From assembly GCA_016212095.1 (NCBI GenBank), contig JACRHH010000015.1, positions 173,702-237,701 on the forward strand: a stretch of DNA of 64,000 bases, read 5' to 3'. The translations under genes and the position numbers were made by a program. The notes under the pieces are model-generated. The model made no database searches. It was given only the letters and a program-made list of their open reading frames with translations, and was not told the DNA's origin. This DNA comes from Nitrospirota bacterium. GTDB taxonomy: Bacteria > Nitrospirota > Thermodesulfovibrionia > SZUA-242. Of the stretch, positions 1 to 11,278 are shown one piece after another. The first letter of the stretch is position 1; each line of letters starts with the position of its first letter.

Positions 1-881
1 TCGGACGGGAACACCGTTACTCCGTTGACACCGGCCATTTCGGCAACCATTCTGTCGCGCCCTGCGGCAATCGATTCTATCGCACTGTTGATGCCGTCGA
101 ATTTCGAGAGCGCGCAAACAGCCGCCGCCTGCGACAGCGAGTTGATATTAAACGGAAGCCGGATCTTGTTCACCTCGCCGACTATTTCAGGCGATGCGGC
201 CATGAAACCAAGCCGGAGCGCGGCAAGCCCGATCTTGCTCAAAGTGCGCAGGACAATCATCCGGGGGAAATCTGCAAGGCGCGGAATGAAACCATCGCCG
301 CCCGCAAACGGCTGGTATGCCTCATCAACCACAACGATTCCGGAAGATGCCTCGCATATTTCAAGGATGCGCTCATCCAAAAAACGGTTGCCGGTTGGAT
401 TGTTCGGCGACGCCAGAAATATCAGCTTCGGATTCGAGGCCGAAATCGCCTCCTTCATGCGCGCAACGTCGAGATCGAACCTTGCGTCGAGCGGAACCTC
501 CACGCAACCGGCCCCAAGACCGCGCGCGATGATGCCGTACATCGAAAACGTGGGAACCGGATAGAGCACCGGCCCGCCGAATGTCGTTATCAGAAGCGAG
601 ATTATCTCGTCGGAACCGTTGCCCAAAAGCAGATTGTCCGGCGATAACCCGTGCATTCCGGCAAGTATTTTTTTAAGGGCCGAGGCGTCAGGATCGGGGT
701 AGCGGTTAAGTTCGACCAAGCGCATGGCGTCCGCCACGACGTCTGCGTTGGCGGGCATGTACGGGCTTTCGTTTGCGTCGAGTTTGACGCGGCACGGAAT
801 CTCCTTTGCCTCGTAGGCCCTGAGCGCGCGAACGTTCGGCAGCACAAGGGAAAAAACCGCATTGCTGGTATCGTTTTTCAC
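1..881 (-). CDS. hisC: Histidinol-phosphate aminotransferase (3' end runs off the window)
   Basis: Not in the ORF track. Manual minus-strand translation from GTG 881 gives KLDANESPY...NRYPDP...LLLGNGSDEII...PTFSMY...SPNNPTGN...VVVDEAY...VLRTLSKIGLAALRLG, the HisC/PLP motifs. Confidence 0.93.
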   Translation of the reverse strand, partial: MKNDTSNAVFSLVLPNVRALRAYEAKEIPCRVKLDANESPYMPANADVVADAMRLVELNRYPDPDASALKKILAGMHGLSPDNLLLGNGSDEIISLLITTFGGPVLYPVPTFSMYGIIARGLGAGCVEVPLDARFDLDVARMKEAISASNPKLIFLASPNNPTGNRFLDERILEICEASSGIVVVDEAYQPFAGGDGFIPRLADFPRMIVLRTLSKIGLAALRLGFMAASPEIVGEVNKIRLPFNINSLSQAAAVCALSKFDGINSAIESIAAGRDRMVAEMAGVNGVTVFPS

Positions 882-889
882 AGTCAGCG

Positions 890-898
890 ATTATAACA
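890..898 (-). promoter_or_regulatory. Extended -10 promoter (TGtTATAAT), 8 nt before the hisC GTG
   Basis: Minus strand reads tgtTATAATcgctgactGTG; no SD visible. Confidence 0.6.
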
Positions 899-1017
899 CA
901 GCGCAAAACGCCACGCGTTTCAATAGACGCGCGGCCCGTTGCAATAAGCCCCGGCCTCTGGTAAAATTCGCCAACTATTTGTTATTTCTTTCAATTTAAT
1001 GGTTATAGAGGCGGCTC

Positions 1018-2446
<1,429 letters not shown>

Positions 2447-2467
2447 CGGGCGGCAGAGGCGTAACCC

Positions 2468-3286
2468 ATGCGCGCGGTAACAAGACGCCGCGCCGTTCTG
2501 GCGGCTTTTCTTGTGGGCATGATCATGCTGATGACCCGTCAGTCGCGAACCGGCGGCTCCGGCGGTGGAACCGGCGGCGAAGGCTTCGGCATATTTTCTC
2601 CGTTCATGTCGGCAATCAATTACGTCTTCGACGGCACTGGCGACCTGATCCACGACTACCTTGCGGTTGTGGGCGCGAACAGGGAAAACCGCGAGCTTCG
2701 CAGCCGTCTTGCCAAGCTCGAACTCACGCAGCTTGGCTATGAGGAGATGATCGGGCAGAACCGGCGCATGAGGCTTCTTCTGGACTTGAAGGAAAAACTC
2801 TCATGCCCGGCAACCGCCGCCGAGGTTATCGGCGGAAGCCCCGCAGGCTGGTCGCGAACCATAACGATTGACAAGGGTTCCGCCGACGGTCTTGCCATAA
2901 ACATGGCGGTCATGGGAAGCAAGGGACTGATAGGCCGCATATATGCCGTGGCATCGCATTCTGCGAAGGTTCTCCTGCTGGTCGATTCCAAGTCATCGGT
3001 GAGCGTCAGGTTTCGCAACTCGCGGGCCGAGAGCGTGATGCGCGGCGGCCCCACATGCGTTGCCGGTTCCATCGAGCGCGAAGTGGAGATCGGCGAGGAA
3101 GAGGAACTTATTACCTCAGGCGTTGACGAACTATATCCGGCAGGCATTCCGGTGGGCGTGGCTCATAACGCGCGGATTACCGAATCGGCGGTGTTTCAGG
3201 AGGCCGACGTAAAAACGCACGAGAGCTTCAACCGGATCGAAGAGGTTCTGGTGCTGCTTTCGGGCCGGGACTGCATTGTCAGATAA
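2468..3286 (+). CDS. mreC: Rod shape-determining protein MreC
   Basis: N-terminal TM, coiled coil, ITIDKGS.DG and TSG....YPAGIPVG motifs; follows mreB. Confidence 0.95.
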   Translation: MRAVTRRRAVLAAFLVGMIMLMTRQSRTGGSGGGTGGEGFGIFSPFMSAINYVFDGTGDLIHDYLAVVGANRENRELRSRLAKLELTQLGYEEMIGQNRRMRLLLDLKEKLSCPATAAEVIGGSPAGWSRTITIDKGSADGLAINMAVMGSKGLIGRIYAVASHSAKVLLLVDSKSSVSVRFRNSRAESVMRGGPTCVAGSIEREVEIGEEEELITSGVDELYPAGIPVGVAHNARITESAVFQEADVKTHESFNRIEEVLVLLSGRDCIVR

Positions 3287-3308
3287 CAATGTCCGATAGG
3301 CGCTATTC

Positions 3309-3779
3309 ATGATCGCTTTCGTCCGCTGGTGCGTTCTGCTTATGTTTGTCTTTGTGCTGCAGGTCAGAGTGCCGCTTCCGATCTGGTTCCGCCCGGCCTT
3401 TGTCCTGCTGGTGATATTCTTTCACAGCCTCCGTTTCGGCGAAACGAAAGGGCTTCTGCTTGGCGCGCTTGGGGGGCTGGCGCTGGATGTTTTCTCCGCC
3501 GGAATGATCGGCCCGCAGATATTGAGCAAGGGCGTCGTAGGCTATGTTTCTGCGTGGCTTCCGCGCCTCTTCTACCGGAAAACGCCTGTCACTCTTACAG
3601 TCTGCATCGCCATTGCGGCGCTGATCGACTGCGCGATTCTTCAGACGGTATTCAAGGCGTTCTCGCTTTCGTGGACAATCGAACCTCGTGATGTTCTGGG
3701 CCTGACGGTTGCCACAACGGCTGTCGGGGCCGTATTTTCATACATGTCATGGCAACGGGAATCAAGAGCGGGCGCGTAA
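3309..3779 (+). CDS. mreD: Rod shape-determining protein MreD
   Basis: Small multi-TM protein with GGL.LD motif between mreC and PBP2. Confidence 0.88.
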   Translation: MIAFVRWCVLLMFVFVLQVRVPLPIWFRPAFVLLVIFFHSLRFGETKGLLLGALGGLALDVFSAGMIGPQILSKGVVGYVSAWLPRLFYRKTPVTLTVCIAIAALIDCAILQTVFKAFSLSWTIEPRDVLGLTVATTAVGAVFSYMSWQRESRAGA

Positions 3780-5572
3780 CCGACACCACGGCATCGAGGG
3801 TTATTCTCGCCGTGATGGTAATCCTTTTCCTTGGATTCGCGCTCAGGCTGTGGCAGCTCCAGATGATCGAGGGCGACAAGTACCGCAAGCTTGCCGAGAG
3901 CAACCGCATTCATACCGTTAAGGTTCCTGCTCCGCGCGGCATCATCTACGACAGAAACGGCATTCCGCTTGTCCAGAACGTGCCGGCCTTCGACGTAAGC
4001 GTGACGCCGTCCGAGTTCCCGATGGAAAGCACGCCGCTTCTGGCCGCGCTTCTTTCGATGTCGTCGTCGGAGCTCGACCGCAAGATACGCGGCAGAAGCG
4101 TGAACCCGAACTATCCGGTGAAGGTGAAGCTGGACGTCACGCGAGAGGAGATTGCGAAGGTTGAGGCCCGCAAACTCGAACTGCCCGGCGTTGACATCCA
4201 GATGGAGGCCAGCCGGAAATATCTCTACGGCTCGCTTGGGGCGCATGTGCTTGGCTACCTTGGACGGTTGCGCCCGGATCAGGCCGACGACGAACGTTTT
4301 AAGGGCGTGCCGCCGGACAGCTTCGTGGGCCAGTGGGGGCTTGAGGCTGTCTTCGACGAATATCTGCGCGGAGTTCCAGGCGAGGAGATATACGAAGTGA
4401 ACGCGCTGGGGCAGAAGATACGCCAGCTTGGACGAAAGCCGCCTGAGAAGGGAAACGACCTTCGCCTCACTCTGGACATGTATGCCCAGAAGGCGGCGGA
4501 GGATGCCTTCGACGAGGAGGACAAGGCGGGCGCCGCTGTTGCCATCGACCCGAACACCGGCGGAATTCTCGCCATGGTAAGCAGGCCGTCCTTCGATCCA
4601 AATCTCTTTGCAACCGGCATCAATCCGAAGGAATGGAAGGAGTTTATAAACGATCCGCGCAAGCCGATGTTCAACCGCGCCATCCAGTCGCAGTATCCGC
4701 CCGGCTCGACATTCAAGGTGGTTGTTGCGCTTGCGGCTCTGGCCAACGACCGGTTCAGCCCTGACAGCCGCGTGCATTGCTCCGGCGGCATTCCGTTTGG
4801 CGGCAGGACATTCCGCTGCTGGAAAAAGGGCGGCCACGGCTCCGTCGATTTAAGGCGGGCCATTGTTGAATCGTGCGACGTGTATTTCTACCAGACCGGC
4901 CTGAAACTCGGAATCGATCCGATAGCCGCGATGGCCGAATCCTTCGGCATGGGCGCGCCGCCGAAGGTGGGACTTGTGAAGGAGGCTTCCGGCATCGTGC
5001 CGTCGTCGGCATGGAAGATGAAGCGCATGAAGCAGCCGTGGTACGCCGGTGAAACACTTAGCTGCGCCATCGGGCAGGGCTATGTTTCGGCGTCGCCGTA
5101 TCAGATGGCCGAGGTTGCGGCTATTATTGGAAACGGCGGCACGCGCTGGAAGCCGTCATTCGTGAAGGGAACCACGCCGGAGGCCGCCGGTAAAATCAAT
5201 TTCGATCCGGCGGCGATCGGCCTTGTGCGCGACGCGATGCGCGGCGTGGTGGAGGAAGGCGGCGGCACGGCACACCGGGCCAAGTCGCAGATAACAACCG
5301 TTGCGGGCAAGACCGGCACGGCGCAGGTTGTGGGAAATGAGGCGCTGAAGTTCAAGAAGGCGGGCGCGCAGCTTGGGGATCACGGCTGGTTTATCGCATT
5401 TTCGCCGGTTGAGAAGCCCGACATCGCCATTTCGGTCTTTGTGGAGCACGGCGGCCACGGCGGAAGCGTTGCGGCCCCGATCGCAAAATCGATGATCGAG
5501 GCGTTCAGGAACAGGGAAGTGCCTGAAAAGAAAAAGAGCGAAGAGGAAAAGATGGGGGCTGGCGGGGATTGA
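3749..5572 (+). CDS. mrdA: Penicillin-binding protein 2
   Basis: PAPRG.IYDRNG; catalytic motifs PGSTFK (SxxK), SCD and KTGTAQ. Confidence 0.97.
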   Translation: MATGIKSGRVTDTTASRVILAVMVILFLGFALRLWQLQMIEGDKYRKLAESNRIHTVKVPAPRGIIYDRNGIPLVQNVPAFDVSVTPSEFPMESTPLLAALLSMSSSELDRKIRGRSVNPNYPVKVKLDVTREEIAKVEARKLELPGVDIQMEASRKYLYGSLGAHVLGYLGRLRPDQADDERFKGVPPDSFVGQWGLEAVFDEYLRGVPGEEIYEVNALGQKIRQLGRKPPEKGNDLRLTLDMYAQKAAEDAFDEEDKAGAAVAIDPNTGGILAMVSRPSFDPNLFATGINPKEWKEFINDPRKPMFNRAIQSQYPPGSTFKVVVALAALANDRFSPDSRVHCSGGIPFGGRTFRCWKKGGHGSVDLRRAIVESCDVYFYQTGLKLGIDPIAAMAESFGMGAPPKVGLVKEASGIVPSSAWKMKRMKQPWYAGETLSCAIGQGYVSASPYQMAEVAAIIGNGGTRWKPSFVKGTTPEAAGKINFDPAAIGLVRDAMRGVVEEGGGTAHRAKSQITTVAGKTGTAQVVGNEALKFKKAGAQLGDHGWFIAFSPVEKPDIAISVFVEHGGHGGSVAAPIAKSMIEAFRNREVPEKKKSEEEKMGAGGD

Positions 5573-6699
5573 TCTCGGTTCCGAAAATCGACAGGCGTTT
5601 GATCGCAAACTTCGACTGGCTCATGCTTGGCCTGACCGTGTTGATTGCGCTTATCGGCGTTGCGACCATATACAGCGCAACACGACCGGTGGGCGACGAT
5701 CCGCACGCCAATTTCTACATGAAGCAGCTTGCATGGGGCGGCATCAGTCTGCTTTTCGTCTTCCTTATCGCCGGAGTGGACTACCGCTGGTTTCACCGGC
5801 TTGCCTATCCGCTGTTGGGAGTCGGCGTTGTTCTGCTTGCAATCGTGCTGGTGATGGGACGCACCGGGCTTGGGGCGCAGAGGTGGCTTTCGATAGGGCC
5901 GCTCTCGTTCCAGCCGTCGGAGGTGGCGAAGCTTTTTTTTATACTCGCCATGGCCAGGGCGCTTTCGGAATATAACGCGCGGCTTGGCCTGAAAGACATC
6001 GCAAGGCTTTTTGGCGTCTTTCTGGCCCCGTCGCTTGTTTTCCTTCTGCTTCAGCCCGATCTGGGAACAGGCCTGATGTTTCTTTTCACCTTCACCGGCC
6101 TGTTGCTGGCCGCCGGAATAAAGCGGCGCGCATTGATCGCGCTGGCGCTTTCGATATCGCTTGCCATTCCATTCCTTGGGGGAGTCTTCTGGGCCGGGCT
6201 CAAGCCATACCAGCGAAACCGCATAGTGGCGTTCCTCGATCCGGATATCGATCCGGCTGGAATCGGCTATCAGATCGCGCAGTCGAAAATAACTATCGGC
6301 TCCGGCGGCATGACCGGAAAGGGTTTTCAGAAGGGAACGCAGGGCGCGCTTCGATTTCTGCCGGAACGTCACACCGATTTCATATTTTCGATATATTCCG
6401 AGGAATGGGGCTTTGCCGGCGCGATTGCGCTTCTGCTTCTTTATCTTATGGTGCTCATGCGCGGACTGGATACCGCCAACAGGGCCAAGGACAGGTTCGG
6501 CTATTTTCTGGCGCTTGGGGCTGTGCTGATGGTTTCGTTCTACCTTTCGGTGAACATCGGCATGACGCTTGGCCTGACGCCGGTGGTCGGCGTGCCGCTT
6601 CCGTTCATGAGCTACGGAGGCACGGCGCTTCTAACCAATTTCACGGCGGTTGCGCTGTTGATAAATGTACGGATGAGGAGGTTCGAGCTGTTTTACTAG
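5569..6699 (+). CDS. rodA: SEDS peptidoglycan glycosyltransferase RodA
   Basis: GAQRW, FQPSE, LLQPDLGT, LPERHTDFIF, LPFMSYGG. Confidence 0.97.
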   Translation: MISVPKIDRRLIANFDWLMLGLTVLIALIGVATIYSATRPVGDDPHANFYMKQLAWGGISLLFVFLIAGVDYRWFHRLAYPLLGVGVVLLAIVLVMGRTGLGAQRWLSIGPLSFQPSEVAKLFFILAMARALSEYNARLGLKDIARLFGVFLAPSLVFLLLQPDLGTGLMFLFTFTGLLLAAGIKRRALIALALSISLAIPFLGGVFWAGLKPYQRNRIVAFLDPDIDPAGIGYQIAQSKITIGSGGMTGKGFQKGTQGALRFLPERHTDFIFSIYSEEWGFAGAIALLLLYLMVLMRGLDTANRAKDRFGYFLALGAVLMVSFYLSVNIGMTLGLTPVVGVPLPFMSYGGTALLTNFTAVALLINVRMRRFELFY

Positions 6700-6709
6700 C
6701 TTGCAAATA

Positions 6710-9175
6710 ATGACATATAACTGGTTGAACGATGTCCGCAAGCCAAGCCGCTACACAGGCGGCGAGGTGAACGCAATACATAAGCCAAACGCGGAGACAC
6801 GCGTCTGCCTGGCTTTTCCCGACACCTACGAGATCGGCATGTCGCATATCGGCATGAGGATTCTCTACGGGCTGATAAACGCCATGCCGGGCGCGGCGGC
6901 GGAGCGCTGCTTCGCGCCGTGGCTCGACATGGAGGCGGCGCTGCGGCATCGCGGCGAAACGCTGCGTTCGCTGGAATCGGGCCTGCCGCTAAAAAAATTC
7001 GACGCGATAGGTTTCAGCCTGCAATACGAGCTTTCGTTCACAAACGTGCTTCAGATGCTCGATCTTTCCGGCATCGCGCTTCATTCCGAAGACCGCGCCG
7101 AAGGCGATCCGATCATTCTGGCCGGCGGCCCGTGCGCCATGAATCCGGCTCCGATGTCGCGATTTATAGACGCATTCCTGATCGGCGACGGCGAGGAGGC
7201 GGTTCCGGCCATCGTGGACGCCATCGCCCAGACCAGGGAAATGCCGCGCATCGAACGGCTTCGCGCGCTTTCGGCAATCGACGGCGTCTACGCGCCGCTT
7301 CTGCACAGAAACGGAAACGGCTCGCCGGTTGTCAGGCGGCGCGTTGTGGAAAACCTCGACGCCGCGTATTTCCCAACATCGCCGGTCGTCGCGCATCAGG
7401 CCGTGCATAACCGGGTTGCCATCGAGATCGGGCGCGGATGCCCGCGCGGATGCCGGTTCTGTCAGGCGGGCATGATATACAGGCCGCTTCGCGAGCGCTC
7501 CATGGAAACCGTCATGCGCATCGCCGGGGAATCTGTCCGGAACACCGGATTTCAGGAGGTATCGTTCACGTCGCTTTCGGCTGGCGACTACGGCTGCCTG
7601 TTTCCGCTAATTCGCGCCGCGAACTCGCGCTTCAAGGGGCGGCATATCGCAATTTCGCTTCCGTCCCTGCGCGTGGGCTCGTTGAACCGCGAATCGCTTC
7701 GGCTTATAAAGGACGAGCGAAAAACCGGTTTCACCATCGCGCCGGAGGCCGGAACCGAGCGGCTGCGCCGCGTTATAAACAAGCAGATAACCACCGAGGA
7801 TTACACCGAAGGCCTGAAAATGCTGTTTGAAGAGGGATGGGAGACGCTGAAGCTATATTTCATGATCGGCCTGCCGACCGAAACCGGCGACGACATCGAG
7901 GGAATTATCGCGATGGTTAAGGAGGCCGGCGCGCTGGCGCGTGGCGCGGGCGCGCGGCGCGTGAACGTGAACGTGGGCGTTTCGACCTTCGTGCCGAAGC
8001 CGCACACGCCGTTTCAGTGGATGGGACAGATTCCGCTGGAGGAGATTTTCATCAGGCAGGGGCATCTGCGACGCGCGCTAATGTCGCGAAAATTCTCGCT
8101 TAAAACCCACAAGCCGGAGATGAGCATGCTGGAAGCGGTGTTTTCTCGCGGCGGCGTGGAAACAGGCGCGTTGATCGAAGCGGCCTACAACAGGGGCTGC
8201 CGGTTCGACGGTTGGAGCGACGCGTTTGATTTCGGCAAATGGCAGGAGTCGATGGCGGAAACCGGCATCGGCCCGGAATACGCGCAGAAAAACTTTGAAG
8301 CTGAAGAGAAGCTTCCGTGGGGCATGGTCGATCCGGGGGTTTCGACGAAGTTCCTCTGGCGGGAATACGAGCGTTCGCTTGAGGCGGAACGTTCGCCGGA
8401 GTGCCGCGAGAAGTGCCTCGGCTGCGGCATGGGCTGCAAAGGTTTGGACGTCTGCGAGGAACCGGATCAGGCGTTGAACGAAACTCCCGCGCTCAAGCTT
8501 TTACCCGCTCCGGTGCGCTTTCGCTTCCGGTATTCAAAGCGCGGCCCGTCGCGGTTCCTGTCGCATCTGGAGATGAAGGAAACGCTTATTCGCGCCATTC
8601 GCAAGGCCGGAATGATGCCCGACTACTCGAAGGGGTTTCATCCGCAGGCAAGGCTTTCGTTCGGAACCGCGCTTGGCGTCGGCATTTCAAGCATCGCCGA
8701 ATACGCCGATGTTGAGCTGCTTTCGCCGATAGAAACATCGGCGGCAATTCGCGCGCTGAACACGTCGCTGCCGGACGGCATGGAAGTGCTCGAAATGAAG
8801 CCGCTTGCGCAGGATGCGCTGTCGCTCAGCAAGCTGATAAGCAGATACGATTATACGATAGAGCTACCTGATGGCTTTACTCCGCCCGAAAGGCTTCTCG
8901 ACGACGAGATGCCGGTTGAGCGCGAAAACGAGTCGGGGCAGCGAAAGACTGTCGATCTGCGCCCGCTGATTCTGTCCGCGGAAATAAAGGGCGGACGGCT
9001 CTATCTGACCGTTGCCGACAAAAACGGCGTGATGGCGCGCATTCACGAGATCGCGGGGCGGGTGCTGCGGCTGGACGACGCCGCCGTGGCCGGGCTTGCC
9101 ATCGAGCGAACCGGGCAGTATGGAGCCTTGCGAAATGGCGAGGCGGGCGGGCCGGGGCCGATGGATCCACGTTGA
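6710..9175 (+). CDS. TIGR03960-type B12-binding radical SAM protein fused to a TIGR03936/DUF2344 domain
   Basis: KPSRYTGGE, FPDTYEIGMSH, CxxxCxxC (GCPRGCRFC), FVPKPHTPFQW; C-terminal RFRYSKRG..RFLSHL..GFHP domain. Confidence 0.9.
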   Translation: MTYNWLNDVRKPSRYTGGEVNAIHKPNAETRVCLAFPDTYEIGMSHIGMRILYGLINAMPGAAAERCFAPWLDMEAALRHRGETLRSLESGLPLKKFDAIGFSLQYELSFTNVLQMLDLSGIALHSEDRAEGDPIILAGGPCAMNPAPMSRFIDAFLIGDGEEAVPAIVDAIAQTREMPRIERLRALSAIDGVYAPLLHRNGNGSPVVRRRVVENLDAAYFPTSPVVAHQAVHNRVAIEIGRGCPRGCRFCQAGMIYRPLRERSMETVMRIAGESVRNTGFQEVSFTSLSAGDYGCLFPLIRAANSRFKGRHIAISLPSLRVGSLNRESLRLIKDERKTGFTIAPEAGTERLRRVINKQITTEDYTEGLKMLFEEGWETLKLYFMIGLPTETGDDIEGIIAMVKEAGALARGAGARRVNVNVGVSTFVPKPHTPFQWMGQIPLEEIFIRQGHLRRALMSRKFSLKTHKPEMSMLEAVFSRGGVETGALIEAAYNRGCRFDGWSDAFDFGKWQESMAETGIGPEYAQKNFEAEEKLPWGMVDPGVSTKFLWREYERSLEAERSPECREKCLGCGMGCKGLDVCEEPDQALNETPALKLLPAPVRFRFRYSKRGPSRFLSHLEMKETLIRAIRKAGMMPDYSKGFHPQARLSFGTALGVGISSIAEYADVELLSPIETSAAIRALNTSLPDGMEVLEMKPLAQDALSLSKLISRYDYTIELPDGFTPPERLLDDEMPVERENESGQRKTVDLRPLILSAEIKGGRLYLTVADKNGVMARIHEIAGRVLRLDDAAVAGLAIERTGQYGALRNGEAGGPGPMDPR

Positions 9176-9231
9176 CTTCGATGCCGCGAGAACGCTATTT
9201 GCTTCAGGTCATCCCTGGAAGACTATATTTC

Positions 9232-9266
9232 GGGGAAAGGTCAAATCATGGCTTTTCCCCTTGTTT
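9232..9266 (+). terminator. Probable intrinsic terminator of the mre operon
   Basis: Stem ggggaaagg/cttttcccc followed by ttgttt. Confidence 0.5.
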
Positions 9267-9325
9267 GCGCGCCGGTTCATTTTGGGGTATTCTTCCAGTA
9301 AAACACGCCGCGAGGAGACGTTCCG

Positions 9326-9619
9326 ATGATCGATGAAAAGATAAAATGCTGCGACCTTCTCGAAAGTTTCATAAGACGATACCGCAAGAACCTTTCGATG
9401 GAAATTGTTCAGCTTGGCGACGGATACGTTTTCGCGTTGCGCGGGCTTATTCATGTTGATCTGAATCCGTCTGTCATCGGCTCTTCCTCTTGCGAGGGCG
9501 GCTGCATATCGTGCGGCCCTCCAACCCCGTCCAAACCAAAGGAAACATGGCGGGCGGAGCCGTTCGAAACAGTCTGGCGCGTCTGCCCGTTCTGCGGCGG
9601 CAATTTCGTGCGCCGGTAG
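9326..9619 (+). CDS. Small Cys-rich hypothetical protein (probable Zn/metal-binding)
   Basis: SD gaggag; N-terminal CC, central CxxxCxxC, C-terminal CPFCG; possible promoter TTGCGC-17-TATTCT at 9265-9293. Confidence 0.65.
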   Translation: MIDEKIKCCDLLESFIRRYRKNLSMEIVQLGDGYVFALRGLIHVDLNPSVIGSSSCEGGCISCGPPTPSKPKETWRAEPFETVWRVCPFCGGNFVRR

Positions 9620-9682
9620 GGCCGATAGAGCCTATAAAGATTGCCCGCCGGGCCTCCCAATGCATCGGGATGAAATTCCGTA

Positions 9683-11278
9683 ATGAACCTCCGCAAGAAG
9701 ATATTCGTCAGCTTCCTTATCAGCGCCTGCATAATCGCGGCGGTGATAGCCTTTCAGCATTACGGCCTGATCGAGATGGAGCGCGAGATACGCTATCTCG
9801 AAATCACCGACACAATCCGCAGCAAATCCCTCCAGCTTAGAAGGCACGAGAAAAACTTCTTCCTCTACGGCCTGACCAAGGCAAACGAGGAGGCCGACGC
9901 GGTTGGCCGCTATCTTGACGAACTCGACACAGTGGCCGCAGACGCTGCGCTTGCCCGCGACGGCGGCGGCAACGGCAATGTTCTTGCCATGAAAACGCTT
10001 GTCACAGACTACCGGGCGCGCTTTGCAAGCATCCGCTCGCTTCTGCAAAGCAATCTGGCCGGGTTCGAAAGCATTCGCGCCGAAGACAGCGGCATCGTCA
10101 ACGTGTCGCCGCTTGTGGCTGCCACGTTCTTCGACAGGCCCGCCGACAGCGCGGTTTTTCTTCGAAAAAAACTTGGCCTCGATTCCGGCCACCCCCTGAT
10201 AACCGGGCTTGAAAAACTCGCCGCTGAAATCGCCATGCTGAGGGAAAACGGCGAGAGCATTCTTGCCGCCGCCAAGGAGATGGATCGCATGGCGCGGGAG
10301 AAGGTGGAGGGCGGCATACGCGCTTCAAGGCTTGCAACGGCTGTTTTTTTCCCGGTTTTCCTGGCTGTGGGCGCGGCAACCATTTATGTTATTACCGGCA
10401 ACGTGTCGAAGCGGCTGGCCCTGCTGACTGAGGTGGCCGAAAGCACCGGCAAGGGCAGTTTCCGCCGCATGTCGGTTACGCCAAGGCAGCGGGGAAACGA
10501 TGAGGTTGGCCTGCTTATAGAAAAGTTCGACGCAATGGAGGCGCAGCTTATCGCGAGAGACGAGGAAATAGCGCGCAAAAACAGCGAGTTACTGAAGAAC
10601 AAAAAGCTTGCCACCATCGGAACGCTTGCCTCCGGCATTGCGCACGAGTTGAACAATCCGCTGAATAACATTTCCATTTCAACCCAGATGCTGATGCGCG
10701 AGGCCGGAGACGACTGCCCCCCGATGGTCAAGGAGATCGTGAACGACATCCACGGCCAGACGGTGCGTGTGAAACGGATAGTGGGCGACCTGCTTGAGTT
10801 CGCGCGAGGACGGGAGCCTCAGCCTGCAAGCGTTCCGGTTGGCGGAGTTATCGGCAAGGCGTGGGAGCTTGTAAGCCGCGCGGCCAACGTGGAAGACGTG
10901 CGGTTTTCACTGGAATCGCCGGACGGACTCATGATCGAGGGCGATCCGGAACAGCTTGAGCGGGTTTTTATCAACCTGTTCACGAACGCCGTGGATGCGA
11001 TGCGCGGCGCGGGCGGTCTGGCCGTGAATGTTGCGGAAAGCGCCGGAATGATAACGATAACCGTTTCCGATACCGGAGCAGGAATTTCGCGCGAAGACAT
11101 CGAAAAGATCTTCGATCCGTTCTACACCACGAAGGAGAAGGGGACGGGGCTTGGGCTTGCCATTGTGTCGAACATCGTGAGGAAACATGGAGGAGACATG
11201 ACCGTGGAAAGCGAAACGGGCTCAGGCGCAACGTTCACCATCGCGCTTCCGTCGGATAGGGGAAACCATGCCGTTTAG
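9683..11278 (+). CDS. Membrane sensor histidine kinase (periplasmic helical domain, HAMP, HisKA, HATPase)
   Basis: Two TM helices; AHELNNPL H-box; NLFTNA, DTGAG and GTGLGL boxes. Confidence 0.96.
   Translation: MNLRKKIFVSFLISACIIAAVIAFQHYGLIEMEREIRYLEITDTIRSKSLQLRRHEKNFFLYGLTKANEEADAVGRYLDELDTVAADAALARDGGGNGNVLAMKTLVTDYRARFASIRSLLQSNLAGFESIRAEDSGIVNVSPLVAATFFDRPADSAVFLRKKLGLDSGHPLITGLEKLAAEIAMLRENGESILAAAKEMDRMAREKVEGGIRASRLATAVFFPVFLAVGAATIYVITGNVSKRLALLTEVAESTGKGSFRRMSVTPRQRGNDEVGLLIEKFDAMEAQLIARDEEIARKNSELLKNKKLATIGTLASGIAHELNNPLNNISISTQMLMREAGDDCPPMVKEIVNDIHGQTVRVKRIVGDLLEFARGREPQPASVPVGGVIGKAWELVSRAANVEDVRFSLESPDGLMIEGDPEQLERVFINLFTNAVDAMRGAGGLAVNVAESAGMITITVSDTGAGISREDIEKIFDPFYTTKEKGTGLGLAIVSNIVRKHGGDMTVESETGSGATFTIALPSDRGNHAV

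Noticed and set aside
25-906. ORF-track entries 25..564 (+), 602..862 (-), 651..896 (+), 706..906 (-)
   Set aside because: Shadow or off-frame ORFs of hisC, whose real frame is open to the window edge; no frameshift is needed.
9215-9298. Long-range inverted repeat ctggaagacta / tattcttccag enclosing a hairpin, as a possible riboswitch
   Set aside because: No match to a riboswitch consensus I know; a terminator plus a downstream promoter explains the region.
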